A DNA stretch of 64,000 nt from Balanoglossus misakiensis (lineage: Eukaryota; Animalia; Hemichordata), in the NCBI GenBank assembly GCA_040954595.2, contig CM082587.2, positions 8,561,403 to 8,625,402 of the forward strand. The letters are read 5' to 3'. The position numbers and the translations under genes are program-made. Every line of letters begins with the position of its first letter. The first letter of the stretch is position 1. The notes below the pieces were generated by a model. That model was not told the DNA's origin and did no database searches. It was given only the letters and a program-made list of their open reading frames with translations. Of the stretch, positions 51,689-64,000 are shown one piece after another.

Positions 51689-52328
51689 TTAATTAAAGCC
51701 GCTGGCGCAGTGCTGCTAGCTGGCGCTGACGCTGCTCGCGCTGATTGGAGCGGGGGGGGGGGGGGGGGGGGGTGATGGCTTCGGTGGAGGTACCGGTTTT
51801 CAGTACATTTCCGGACCGATTGTGCAAAAATAGTGTTTTTTCCGGCTTTCTTTGTTTTGAGGGTTAAATTGACAGAAGTATATTGGGGTGTTTTCTTTGT
51901 TTATCAAATGATAAACTCGATTTTCTTCTTGGAGTTCATCAATGAACTTTTGTCACTTTCGAGATGAATCTGCGGAAATTCTCGGAATACCAGTGAATGG
52001 TCAATATAGCAGGTCAAAAGTAACGTCGTAAACCACGACCTCTTTACGGCAACAGTTTCTGCGTTGTCTCTGGTTCGCGAGAATGGTCAAAAGTCTGCAG
52101 TCCCGTCGATAAAGTAAGTATCCTATTCTTAGTATTGTCTTGCGATACAAAAATTCAGCCGATACAAACCGATTGATTTTCGTCTAGCAACAGATCATCC
52201 ACGCCCCTCTCACAATTGTCACGGGAGTATTTCGCGAAATAACCAGATTTGCATTTTTTCTGAGATTAGGCCCTAGTCCGAAACCTGAACATCGTTTGAC
52301 TCCAAAACACGTGAAGTAGTCATATATG

Positions 52329-53392
52329 TTACATGACATGACATTACATGACATGACATTACATTACATTACATTACATTACATTACATTACATTACATT
52401 ACATTACATTATATTATAAATTGTTATATTATATTATATTATATTATATTATATTATATTATATTATATTATATTATATTATATTATATTATATTATATT
52501 ATATTATATTATATTATATTATATTATATTATATTATATTATATTATATTATATTATATTATATTATATTATATTATATTATATTATATTATATTATATT
52601 ATATTATATTATATTATATTATATTATATTATATTATATTATATTATATTATATTATATTATATTATATTATATTATATTATATTATATTATAATGAACA
52701 CCTATTGCCTGGCCATGAGGGCCATAGCGGCCGTTTATTACACCCGAGGGGCTGTGAGTTACCAGAATCATATGCTATTTCCCGAGGCCGCAGGCCGAGG
52801 GAAATAGCATATGATTCTGGTAACTCACAGTCACGAGGGGGTAAAAACGGCTGCTATGGCCCGAATATAGGCCAGGCTATAGGTGTTTTATAATAAACCT
52901 CATGCTAACAGCTGGGAAAATCTTGCAATTTTCTCTTGAGGTTGGCAGACGACATCTTCCGCGGTGGCCATTGTGTCAGACGACGCGACGCTGATTGACG
53001 TGACCGAGTCTGCGCACTCACGCTGGTCACGTGACCGGTTTATATTTTTTCTGCTATTGCCCTGTAGGGTTCATAGTCGATTCTATTTTCCTATCACGTG
53101 ACGGATTCTGGCGAATCACGGCACAGTATTAGCATGAGGTATATTATAATATATTATATTATATTATATTATATTATATTATATTATATTATATTATATT
53201 ATATTATATTATATTATATTATATTATATTATATTATATTATATTATATTATATTATATTATATTATATTATATTATATTATATTATATTATATTATATT
53301 ATATTATATTATATTATATTATATTATATTATATTATATTATATTATATTATATTATATTATATTATATTATATTATATTATATTATATTAT
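52329..53392. repeat. Pentanucleotide arrays (ACATG)n-(ACATT)n-(ATATT)n, interrupted at 52694-53140
   Basis: Direct inspection. Confidence 0.95.
52694..53147. mobile_element. Non-autonomous hairpin element (Crypton-like) inside the (ATATT)n array
   Basis: A ~190-bp palindrome centred on CCGAGGCCGCAGGCCGAGG, then a second inverted pair ACCTCATGCTAA/TTAGCATGAGGT. TTATAAT occurs at both ends and between the two modules. Confidence 0.6.
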
Positions 53393-55950
53393 GTTTCAGT
53401 TTTAAGATCAACTCACTCAGGTATTCTCCAGATATGAATGATTTTCTTTAAATAAATGAATATGGAAATTATGCTGCATTATGAAAATCATGAATGTAAA
53501 TAACCTCTTGAAGTGACACAGCTGTCCAGTGCGTGTACAAAACCTGTACAAAGATCGAATTCGCCTACAATAATTTTGACAGTTTCTGTCATGTATAGAT
53601 ACAAAGGTTAGTTATGTCAATTTGCAACAAATAACAAACAGAAATACTGAAACAATTGAAATGTTTTCGTGGCAGGTTGCAAGATACACATAGCCATTGA
53701 TAGATAGGTTGCTTAGCGCATTCGTGACTGGTGGACACTTGGACTATTCAACTATACATTCAACATGACCAGAGCCTACTTCTGACGCATACGCACCGGA
53801 CAAGAGCATCACTTGAACATTAGCATACTTACCAACTGTTTTAAAATTCTGTAAAATGTATGTAGCATGTGGCAATCTGTAAAACATAAAAAGGAAGAAT
53901 AATAAACGCGCTGTATTGACCTGAGGAATATTTGATTTACAGGCAATGAATATCAGCATTAATAACTCTTCATTGTCTTTATCGACAAACCCAGCTTGTG
54001 TGTGAGTTGATCTCAAAACTTAAACATAACACATCATCACACTATGCTTAAAGCCTCATGAGCTGCAACTCGATAAAAAATTACAAATTAAATGACATTG
54101 CCTGATAGGAAGATAACTCTTATTTACCCTCTTCTTTTGGGGTTGCCATCAAGGTCTGCATACCATACGTTTCACCTCATACCACCTGTTCCACCGTCTT
54201 TCCTTTGCTTGTTGTTCCAATTACCCATGGCCATCAATGACTCGTTGCACAGAAGTATGCCAGTTCCGACTTACAATGTTTAATTACGAATATATTTCTC
54301 CAAAAGGTTATTGCATATACAGGGGATAATGATTATAAACATTTGAACGGCAGTATTTAGAGATACGTTCATATTAAAAGATAATCTTTTCCCAAGAAGT
54401 TTATACCTGTCCCTTTCTTTGCCATCGGAAGCAATGCCTGGCCTTTATGCTGATGTTGAACGTTTTGTCACATATACCGGGTCCGGTACATTATATTTGT
54501 TCGGGATACGTGCTGGAAACTTTCCTGTATTTTCGCATATGCTTAGTACATAAGTCAGAGTTTCGGGTAGATGAATTGTATTATGGTTTAGTGTGACCAG
54601 CTGAATAGTTAGACAGTTTCAACCGACTTAAAGCTAAGAATGATTTTTTTCGTTTTTGACACATGTCGATGATGATAACTGGGGCATTTCCAGCTTCTCT
54701 GCATGATGAGTCTCCTTTGTGACGATTTTCCTCCGAATTTCTCAAAATTAATTGGCTGACGTATATTTTGACGTATTGTTGTTCAAGAGACATGTCATAC
54801 ATACATACATACGTACATTACATACATACCTTCGTAAACTGTGTCAGATATGCTACCGTTCATGACCAAAATTCGTCAAATGTTATTTTCTGGAACATAT
54901 ATATATATTGTTCATATTCTTGCGCAACCTGCGTCAGATTTACTATGGCTCTCTGGTCAAATAGGGAGGGAGGAGTTATATTTAGAGTACAATGTGTCCT
55001 ACTGTCTTTCCTATAGCTGGATCCCAAGGGTATCATCGTCTGTAAATGTAGCATTTTTTTTTTTTAGCTTTTTACACTTCGTGTTTAGTTTTAGCTTGTT
55101 TCTTCACATTGAATTTTGATATCGCAATCATTAATCATTAGAGATGTTCTTTTGGGATGTTCAATAGGTACATAAACCTTGGATGAAGATATGGCTCATG
55201 CATTCATTTTATTATTTTAAATTACACTACGTTCCTGAGGCATAAACTTTAGAGTATATGTACATACTGATGTACTGTACACCATTTTCATCCGTGCCCT
55301 GTCAAGAACTGGAAATTAGTTGTTGGAAAAAATCCTACCAAAATGAGGAATGCAAAAATAAAATGCCAGAAATCAGAGAGTGAAAAAATAATGATCGGCA
55401 GATCAGGTACATGTACTAAAATATAATGTTACCTCAGCAATCTTCCAGATCCTCCCCTGGATATCAAATGAGCCACCCCTTAAGCAGAGATTTGTAGCTT
55501 GGTCTGCTCGATGACCACCGGGTTCTTTTCTTTGTCCACGTCTCTCACCCATCCACCCAATCACTCACTAACTAACCCAGTCACTCACTCTTTACTGCAC
55601 CCCGTATTCCAACGAATCTCTCCCAAAAATTTAACATTAAGCACATTTAAGCGTAAACCATTTCCCGCGTTATTAAGGGAGTCGTCATTATTTACGGCCT
55701 CGGGGTCGGATGAGTCAGACGGGGGTCTCTCAAAAATGGAAAGCTGGAAAAGGGGTTTCTGAAAAAGTTAAGACGAAGAAGGCACTCATTTTCTGGAAAT
55801 ATATCAAAGTATTTCAACTGAAAGATTTCGTCGTCATGTGCGGATCAAAAAAGGATACCGTCTGAACCGTTTTCATGCAACAGTACCTCCAAAACAGGTG
55901 CACGTGATTATCTTGTCTAAGGTCATGCCTTCAGATTGGGTTTCATTTTA

Positions 55951-58900
55951 GGGACCGTTCAGTTTTTAATTATGAATTTCTTAAAGTATTATTGAAGTAT
56001 ATAATAATATAATAATAATGTTTATTTCAAATGTCAGGGCCTCAGCCCATCACACAAAGACATTCCACCCTCAGAGAGAAAAAAAAAAAAAAATACATGG
56101 AATCACAAACTATAGGCCAACGTATCAATTTCGCTGCATTTGCTGCTGTACAAAGTAATCCCGCTTCTTAAAAGACTTATGAACAAAAACTGCAAGTGTA
56201 TATTGAAGTTGCTGAGTTTTAGAAGTTAGCAGAGCAAAACATTTTTCCCGTGTAGGGTTAATACGGAATTTTAGAGGAATAAGCTTAGACCTCTCCTCCT
56301 CATACAATGGACAAAATAGCAAAAAATGACACTCATCCTCAACAATTGCTATACCTTGCTTTTCACAGTAGGGACATGTTCTCTGACACAAGGGAATAGA
56401 TGGCGTACAGTGCCGTCCCTTTTCAACGGCTAACTTATGACTTGAGCAGCGAAGACGTGCCAGGTCAAATTTAAATTTTGTAATTTTAATACATGACTAG
56501 TATAATTCAGGTTCAAGCATGGATTTATATTGAGCATACTGACGCAATCTGTGGGAATCATTAATTGAAGCTGCCCATTCCTGTCTGCAACAATCACGTA
56601 ATCGTTCATGGAACATTTTCAAAAACATGTTTGACTCCCCCACCTGTTGCTCAAACCAGACAACTCCAAATCCATACTTGAACAATAATTCTCGTACCTT
56701 TGTTGCCCATGTAACTCTCCCAGCGGAGTCTAAATTTCTTAACATTTCGTAGCAGGCTTTTGGGTATCGAGAATTATCCATCTTTAGTAGTTTAAGTCAG
56801 TATGAAATACAACGCTTCATGTATGTGCAGGAGAGTGGCAACCTTCCACATTCCCCGAGCAGAACTTCATGGTTTACACTGGAGTTAACACCCAAAAGAA
56901 ATCTACAGAACTTAAATTGTACCCTTTCAATTACAAGTGAATACTCATATCCCCAAATTTCTGCTCCATAACAAAGTATTGGAACTACAGTTGTATCAAA
57001 TAGCTTGAAAGCCTGATTTAGATGAATTCCACCCAGTTTCTTTATAACAATTTGTATTTGGTATAGAGCTTTGTTTGCTTTTGTCACCAAGTTATCCTTG
57101 GCCGGTGACCAGGATAACCTTGAAGAGAAAATAATACCAAGATAATTGTAATGTTTAACAACGTCTACAGGTTCGTGGTTGTAGACCCACTTTTCGAACC
57201 GTTTTAAAATTCCCCCATTTCGAAATACAATTATTTTTGATTTGTCTAAATTTACTGACATACTCCAGTCATTACAAAATGCTTCAAGCTGATTAAGTTT
57301 TCTTTGCAATTTTATGGGCAAGTCTGCTACATCTGCCACATCATCAGCATACATCAGAATACCAATATTGTTATAATCAGTATTAACAAAAATGCCACCA
57401 TTATCATGTCTATTCATATAGGATGCAAGTTCATTTATAAAAATACTAAACAGAATCGGACTAAGCATACACCCTTGACGTGTACCTACTTTACATTCAA
57501 AGCTATCGGTTAAGCCACCGTTGCATAAAACGCAAGAATGAATGTTTTCATACATGGACCTTAACACTTTCAAAACTCTCCCATGCAATCCGTAGGACAT
57601 CAACCTATGCCATAAATATTTGTGAGTAACTCGGTCAAATGCTTTGGAAAAATCAATAAATATACATGTACAATACAATCTACCCTTTTTCTGTGACAAA
57701 TATTTTTGTACAAGACACTGTAAAGAAAAAATATTATCCATAGTACCATAACCTTTGCGGAAGCCGGCCTGGGCTTCAATAATTATATTGTTTTCCTTTG
57801 TCCACTTTACCAAGAGTTCATTAATAATTTTAGTAAAGATTTTACTCATAGATGAGAGAAGGGAAATCCCCCGAAAATTGTTGACGTCAGCAATATCACC
57901 CTTTTTGTGAAGTGGGTAAATTATTCCTTGTCCCCGACAACTAGGAAATACTCCTGTGGTTAAAATAACATTAAATAGATCACAAAGACATTGTAAAAGT
58001 ACATCACTACTGTTTTTAAACATTTCGTTCACAAGCCCATCTGGGCCAGGTGACTTTGAGTTCTTTAAATGACCAATACATTCACTGACCTCTTGTACCG
58101 TTATTGTTCTGTTTACATCCACAGGTGAGTTAAGTCAACACAGCTCACAATTATCATCATGAAGTTTGACATCCTTAGAAATCTTTTTATGAAATGAACT
58201 ACATACAGATTCGTTGGAAACATTCAGTAAATTTTTAAAATAGTCAAACCACTTCTTTGAATCAATTTTGTTCTTTGGGGAGGACACACTTCTATTCCCT
58301 CTTATTTCTTTGATTGTCTTCCAAAACTTACACTGGTCATTTGTATTTTCCAGAAGAGTATTACACTGTTTCAATTTATAATTCTTGATTTTAATTTTAC
58401 ACAACTCCTTGAAATAGTTACGAGCTTCTACATAATTTTTGAGATCATCTTCTCTATTTGACTTACGGTAATTATTTAGACAATCAAATTTCTTATTTCT
58501 TGCAAACCAGCAGTCTCTGTCCCACCACGCTTTGTTAGCAGTATTTCGATTTGAGTGACACGTGTCTCGGCTATTTACTACCATGTCAGAACCAGCTCTA
58601 GAATAAATCTCGGTCAGAACACCCGTGGCCTCATCTACATTCAATTGTTCAATATTGAGGTAAAAAACCTGGTGCATTTGATTAAACAACTCATCCTGTA
58701 ATTTATATTTAAATCCTTCAATAAGACCAGGTTTCCAACGAAATTTATTCCAAGAGCGCAAAAACATAGTATTTGTTTGAGCTCTAGTATCTGGTTCCGC
58801 TATCCTAGCACTAGGAAAACTAAAATAACAATGAATAGGAAAATGGTCAGAGACGTCTAACGTGTCAACTACAAAGTCATTTACATATTGAAACAAAGGT

Positions 58901-59634
58901 GTACTGAGTATTACATAATCAACTACATGTATATTGAAGTATATAATAGTATATCGTTACAATAAAGAAATCTATGAATAAATTAAAATGACAAATCAAT
59001 ACAATAGTTGCTAGAATTGGTAAAACAAGAAAAGTGTCGGGGTTGGGCGTGGGAGGGGGTGTCCCCCTGCCACATAAGAAAATTTTGTAAAATACGGTGC
59101 TCAAAGTTGCATTTTAATGAACTCAAAAGCAAATTATCTCATGTTTGGGAGGACCAATTTTACTTTTTGCCACTCCACTCAAAGTTAGAAGATTTGGCGT
59201 CATCTTCGTCATGACATCATTTGTAAAACTTCTAGTATATAGAAGATGCAGCGCGAAACTATCAGTTATGCGAAATGGTTTAAACGATTTTCTCCTTTAT
59301 GTATTTACTTTGTTAAATATTATCATCAGTGGGGTTGAGGTGGCAAGCACTCTGCCATGGTACACTAGACAAACCAGCAAAAAATGAAATGTGGCGGAGA
59401 ATGAAGGGGGTGAGTGTGGGAGGGGTGTCCCCCTCCCACATTAGAAAATTTTGTAAAATAAAGGGCGCGAAACTGCAATTTTGTGGACTCAAAAGCAAAA
59501 GTTTGGTGGCAAAAGTATGTGACCCCCCCTAAACATTTAAAGAAAAAAACGGATGACCCCCCTATTGGACTTCAAAATTTAAGTGACCCCCCCTGGATTT
59601 TGCCGCCCCCCGGCCGTTAAAACTGAACGGTCCC
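55951..59634. mobile_element. PIF/Harbinger-type MITE interrupted by a LINE
   Basis: TTA|GGGACCGTTCAGTTTT ... AAAACTGAACGGTCCC|TTA. Internal sequence at 59040-59500 is shared with the 46415-47005 MITE. Confidence 0.8.
56007..58931 (-). mobile_element. 5'-truncated LINE (APE end, RT, CCHC; RTEX-like), single frame with three nonsense codons
   Basis: VVDY..SDHFPI, KSPGPDG, FRGISL, QAGFR, FIDFSKAFD, GTRQGCMLSP, YADD, YLG, and C-terminal CPYC..EDECHFLLFCP. 17-bp TSD TATTGAAGTATATAATA (55990-56006 and 58932-58948). Confidence 0.95.
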
Positions 59635-62600
59635 TTACATAAACATTTCAACTTTACGTTTACTAAATAAATCAAGGCAGATGTAGTAAGAATTTGATGT
59701 CTGGTGTACCACACATAACTGTCCAAATTAGAGATCATTTTTATTTCTATGATAATTTTTCTTTTCAAAACTGAATTTTTCGAGCTTTTACAAGACGTGC
59801 AGTGAAGTGAGCTTCTATTTTTTGTATGTCGCATTTTGATTGGGTAATTTGTGGTTCGTGATCCGCACCGACTGATGTTTTGATATGAAATTGTTCCAAG
59901 TTGGGGGAGGGGTGTCACTCAAATGGGAGGGGGGGGGTTACTCAGATTCCGCATGGTGTTAGCAAGGAGGGTACTCACATATTTTTTTGGAGTTCGCCCC
60001 TACAGCCAGTAAATAATGACGGCTCCCTAATGATGACGCCTTGCCATCTCGGGCTAGTCATGTGATCATCGTGTGTGCGCCCTACTTTAAAGGTATATAT
60101 ATAAAGCGCTTGACATGTTTGCTCGGTAAGGTCATTCTGGAAAGGTTTTTCCCCATTTTGAAGCTATTGACGCGATATTTAAAAACATCTACTCGTCGAT
60201 AGTCTGTGGCTTGCTTTAGAAAACAATGCACATGTATTATAGTGAGTCTAGTGAATCACGAAACAACTTTGTAGAGAGTCTACCGCTTATCGTTTCTCCC
60301 GCTACCCTTACTTTATATATATAATTATATTTATAACAAGGGAGTGTGGAGCAGCATTTTTACAGCATCATTGCATAGATCTTCTCCACGCAAAAAGAAT
60401 GAATTGTCCAACTTTCGTTGAATGAAAATTGCCGTAAATTTCTCGTTTTCGCATAAATTTTGTTTGAAACGGCATCTTCAATGTCTAAAAGTACATGATA
60501 ATTGATACTGAATCGAACAGTTACCATGCCCAGCTCTGTTCATAAACACATACAATTTACAATATAACGAGTGAAGAATGACTTTCTGTCCGGACAGAAA
60601 GTCAGGCTCTGTTGACATACGAAATGCAACGTGAACATACCCGCGTATCATTTCAAGTGTTACGGGCAATATGTTCGGCTTGCATGTAGCTACAGTTGCC
60701 TACACTTTTATCTTCATTATATTGTATTCCATGATGACTAATGTTTATATTAAAAAAAATAATATTAAATATTAAAAATAAATATATTCCATGATAAATG
60801 TCCGGGAAAAACGGGCAATTTTCGATGATGAAAAATGGATAAACACGAGAAATACTGGGGCTTTAATAAAATGATTTTGAGTTGTTTTGTGGAAACGACC
60901 ACCGGTTTATGTGGGACAACATTCACGCCTTTCCGGTAAAATTTCATATTAGCCTTTCTTTCAAGACCTACAATAAGCATAACTTTCGCTATTTTGCACC
61001 TTATATCCCGAGAACCTGGCATGTTGGCGGAGAAATAGAAAATCAATCGCAATAAAAAATAGTGAACGTGAAGAAACGGCTGAGAGGCTAATTATTTGAA
61101 CTAAAGTGAACTATCTGGCGATGAATTCAATTTGTCACTTATAATACATGTATATTAGGTAATTTTCGGCTAGTTATATTCTGCCAAACAACGAAACGGT
61201 GAAACGACGAAAACTAATTTGTTGAAAATGTAACGAATTTTGCATATTATATTTTTATGGCAACGCAAATTTGCCTTTTAAACCCTGCTGGACGAAGCAG
61301 TTATCTTGTTTATGCAAAGTATTACAGCAGAGCAGTATTGCCCGCTAGGCCGCTTGTTATAAGTAGGAAGGGATATGTCTTGAATAGGCCAGGGGATCTG
61401 AAAAAGCGGAATTTTTATTATCAAGTTATCTCGACACCCCCTGAGGTATTTGTGAACGCTACCTTAAACTAAGGTGTACAGTCACCCCCAATTTACATAC
61501 GCCCATATATGGCTGAAATGGCGTATTTGAGTGTTCTGAAGAACATATGATGGCATTTTTTTCTCGTGTGCCACCCATTAAAAATCTGTGATTGTCTAGA
61601 TCTCAATTTGCATGTTATGGTAACAGTACCTAAATTTGCATAGTGAGCGTATATCTTTAACCTAGGAGGTCTAAACGCTATCAATATGTAAGACCTCGAT
61701 CATTGTCATTTGATATTAAAAATTTGCATAAATTTACATCAGTGGTAATAAATAGCAAAATATATACACTCAAAGCGCAAAATTCTAAAGCATACATTTG
61801 TATTGCTGCAGTTTTGCAGCCCGCGACTACCCTTGACGATTTTGTTTTGTTTTTGTCGCCTACCCGTCAAAAACAAAAAACATTTGTACTCACCGTACCG
61901 AGATACAAGCCAAAACGTCGACAAAGCTCAAAAATAGGCAAGCCTAGGCCCCCTAAGTTTCGCTAAGAAAACTCACCCGATCCCATGCAAACAAACCATG
62001 GCATCCACACTGCAGAGTCAGTCGTGTTCCCAATTTATATTAAAGAGAACATGTCCATGCCAACGCATTATGGACCTGATTGTCCATACACGTCTCGATC
62101 CCCATTCAGATATTTTTCACAGCAGAGAATCACATGGTCCCCGAATCGTTGTGCTGCGATACAAACTCTGGAAATTTTACTTTCTGGTAAAAAAAATTAG
62201 AGATAACCCATGATCGTGAAAATGATTTTTTTTAAGTTTCCTCAAAGTCCAACTGCATGCCTGTTTTGTACCTGTATAAGCTTAAATGTCTAGTTGAAAG
62301 AACCGCGGGTTAATTTGTAAGGAATTCAATATAGGCCTAGGTCATATCAAGTTTAATCACTGTACCGAATGTCTGCATCTTTATAAAGGTACACCACGTC
62401 ACCTCCAAGTTGCATGTGTCCATATCCTATGGCAAAATAGTGATTCTGAGTGTTCTAAAGACCATGTGTTTTTTTTTCGTGTGTGCCACCCACTGAAAAT
62501 CTGTGATGGCTAGATCTCAATTTCTACGTGCTCTCAACTACGGGGCGACCTCGACCTGTGACTGTAGCTACCCTACCGTGCACCTTTAACAGTCTTCCTA

Positions 62601-62763
62601 GAAACGGCTACGACAGTGAGGGCGCATATTCAGTGCAAGGATAACTTTGCAAGGCGGTGTGTCGACGTCGGGCTTTGAGCAAAGTTTTACTGCTCCCACC
62701 TTGGAAGAAACATGCGATGTATATGTATCTAACAAATATGAGAGATATGTTGAACATACCTGT

Positions 62764-62915
62764 AAACAAACAACCAAACAAACAAACAAACGAATAGACG
62801 GACATACAGACGGACAGACTATATATCAATCAACCAACCAACCAACCAACCAATCAGTCAATCAGGCAAGAAAACAAACAAACAAACAAACAAACAAACA
62901 AACAAAAAACAAACA
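62764..62915. repeat. Compound tetranucleotide microsatellite (AAAC/AACC/AGAC/AATC)
   Basis: Direct inspection. Confidence 0.85.
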
Positions 62916-64000
62916 TTGTTCTTTATTGATGAAAATATTATAAACACGATATTGTACATAAACTTACATAACACACACAGAGGTTTACACAATCATTTTA
63001 ACCTAGTAACAAACAAGAATAAATAAATGAAAACAAACTTGAAGCTCCAGCTATTGCTGTGGGTACGTAGCTCTATCATATCACACAAAGTCATGGGAGT
63101 GAGAAACAGTCAACGGAGTGGTAGGCCTACGGACGGGCCCACGGCATCCCGAGCCCGGGCCCTTGCAGGTCCAATCCCCAATCACATGGCACGTGGAAAC
63201 CGTATACAAATGTATGCACTGAAGTATATACAAGTATTACAAACCATAAGTATACTATGACTGCATATGTAAGTTTTAATAATTAATAATAGAGGTATAT
63301 GCTGCAGATGAATATGGCCGCCACCTTTTATGATGGGGAGAATGCAATGAAAATACAACGAAAACGGTGCATTCCCCTTTTTTGAAACTTCACAAAACAT
63401 ATTCCCACCTTCTAGAATACATGGAAGTAAACGTACTCCACTGATCATGGACGTATCATCTCTTTTTACGTCCATGCACTGATGCATTACATTTTCATTG
63501 CAATATTTTAATTCTTTTAAAATTGCGGGATATTTCAAATGTCCTGATATTTCTTTTATTTTGGGGGCATTTTGTCATATGGGTCGAGAACATCGGAAAT
63601 TGCATGGTGGAAAATGCAATTAAAATACAACGAAAACGGCGCGGTGCCATATTTGAAACTTTATAAACAAAGCATGATCTCAGAAAGTATAACAACACGG
63701 AGGCAAGAACTTGGACATCTAGGGTCACGGTCTAGGGTCTATGTCCAAGCCATATATTTTCATGCGTATTTCTCTTTTTATATTAAAAATATTACAATCA
63801 CTGCGTGACATTCTTGTGTGTGGTAGAGAATGATGTAGAATTGTAGGCCTGGGGCTAGGCCTAGCTCTGGGAAGCAAATCCACCGTCGCGTCACGCAGGG
63901 CTTTAGGACTCACTGCATCTGTCGAGTAGTGTCTCTTCTGAAAATAATACGCTAAAAAGAAACCACGTTAGGTTGATTGCATTACGGGTGTAAGCAACCA

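Noticed and set aside
53744-54802. Cluster of minus-strand splice-like signals and short ORFs
   Set aside because: Could not be assembled into a stop-free, recognisable protein. May be non-coding or degraded TE.
56797-58137. Two LINE stops share the context TGA-CTT-AA, suggesting programmed readthrough
   Set aside because: One is a simple TGG to TGA change in YWLKL, a third stop is TAG, and the copy is 5'-truncated. Coincidence is sufficient.
1-64000. CRISPR arrays, tRNAs, prokaryotic operons
   Set aside because: I saw no regularly spaced repeat-spacer array or tRNA cloverleaf, and the sequence is clearly eukaryotic with spliceosomal introns.

Overview
Eukaryotic, AT-rich, intron- and transposon-rich animal DNA, probably a marine invertebrate (inference). 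Four spliced protein-coding genes were reconstructed by hand, all on the minus strand. They are the first two coding exons of RSPH14 (running off the left edge), a complete 3-exon NDUFV3 (97 aa, not recoverable from the ORF track), and two tandem 8-coding-exon TRAF2-like paralogues (554 aa and 550 aa; RING, zinc fingers, coiled coil, MATH). A solitary, apparently intact 5S rRNA gene lies about 0.9 kb upstream of NDUFV3. The rest is mobile DNA: a young gag-only Ngaro/DIRS-type tyrosine-recombinase retroelement with identical split direct repeats, RTEX-like and L2 LINE fragments, a Gypsy remnant, and many MITEs, several of them nested. The most notable signals are the non-autonomous Ngaro element, the mosaic gene-conversion pattern between the TRAF paralogues with a divergence peak at the receptor-binding strand, and a roughly 10-fold excess of TACATGTA that looks like Tc1/mariner excision scars. 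Family names come from remembered motifs, not database searches.
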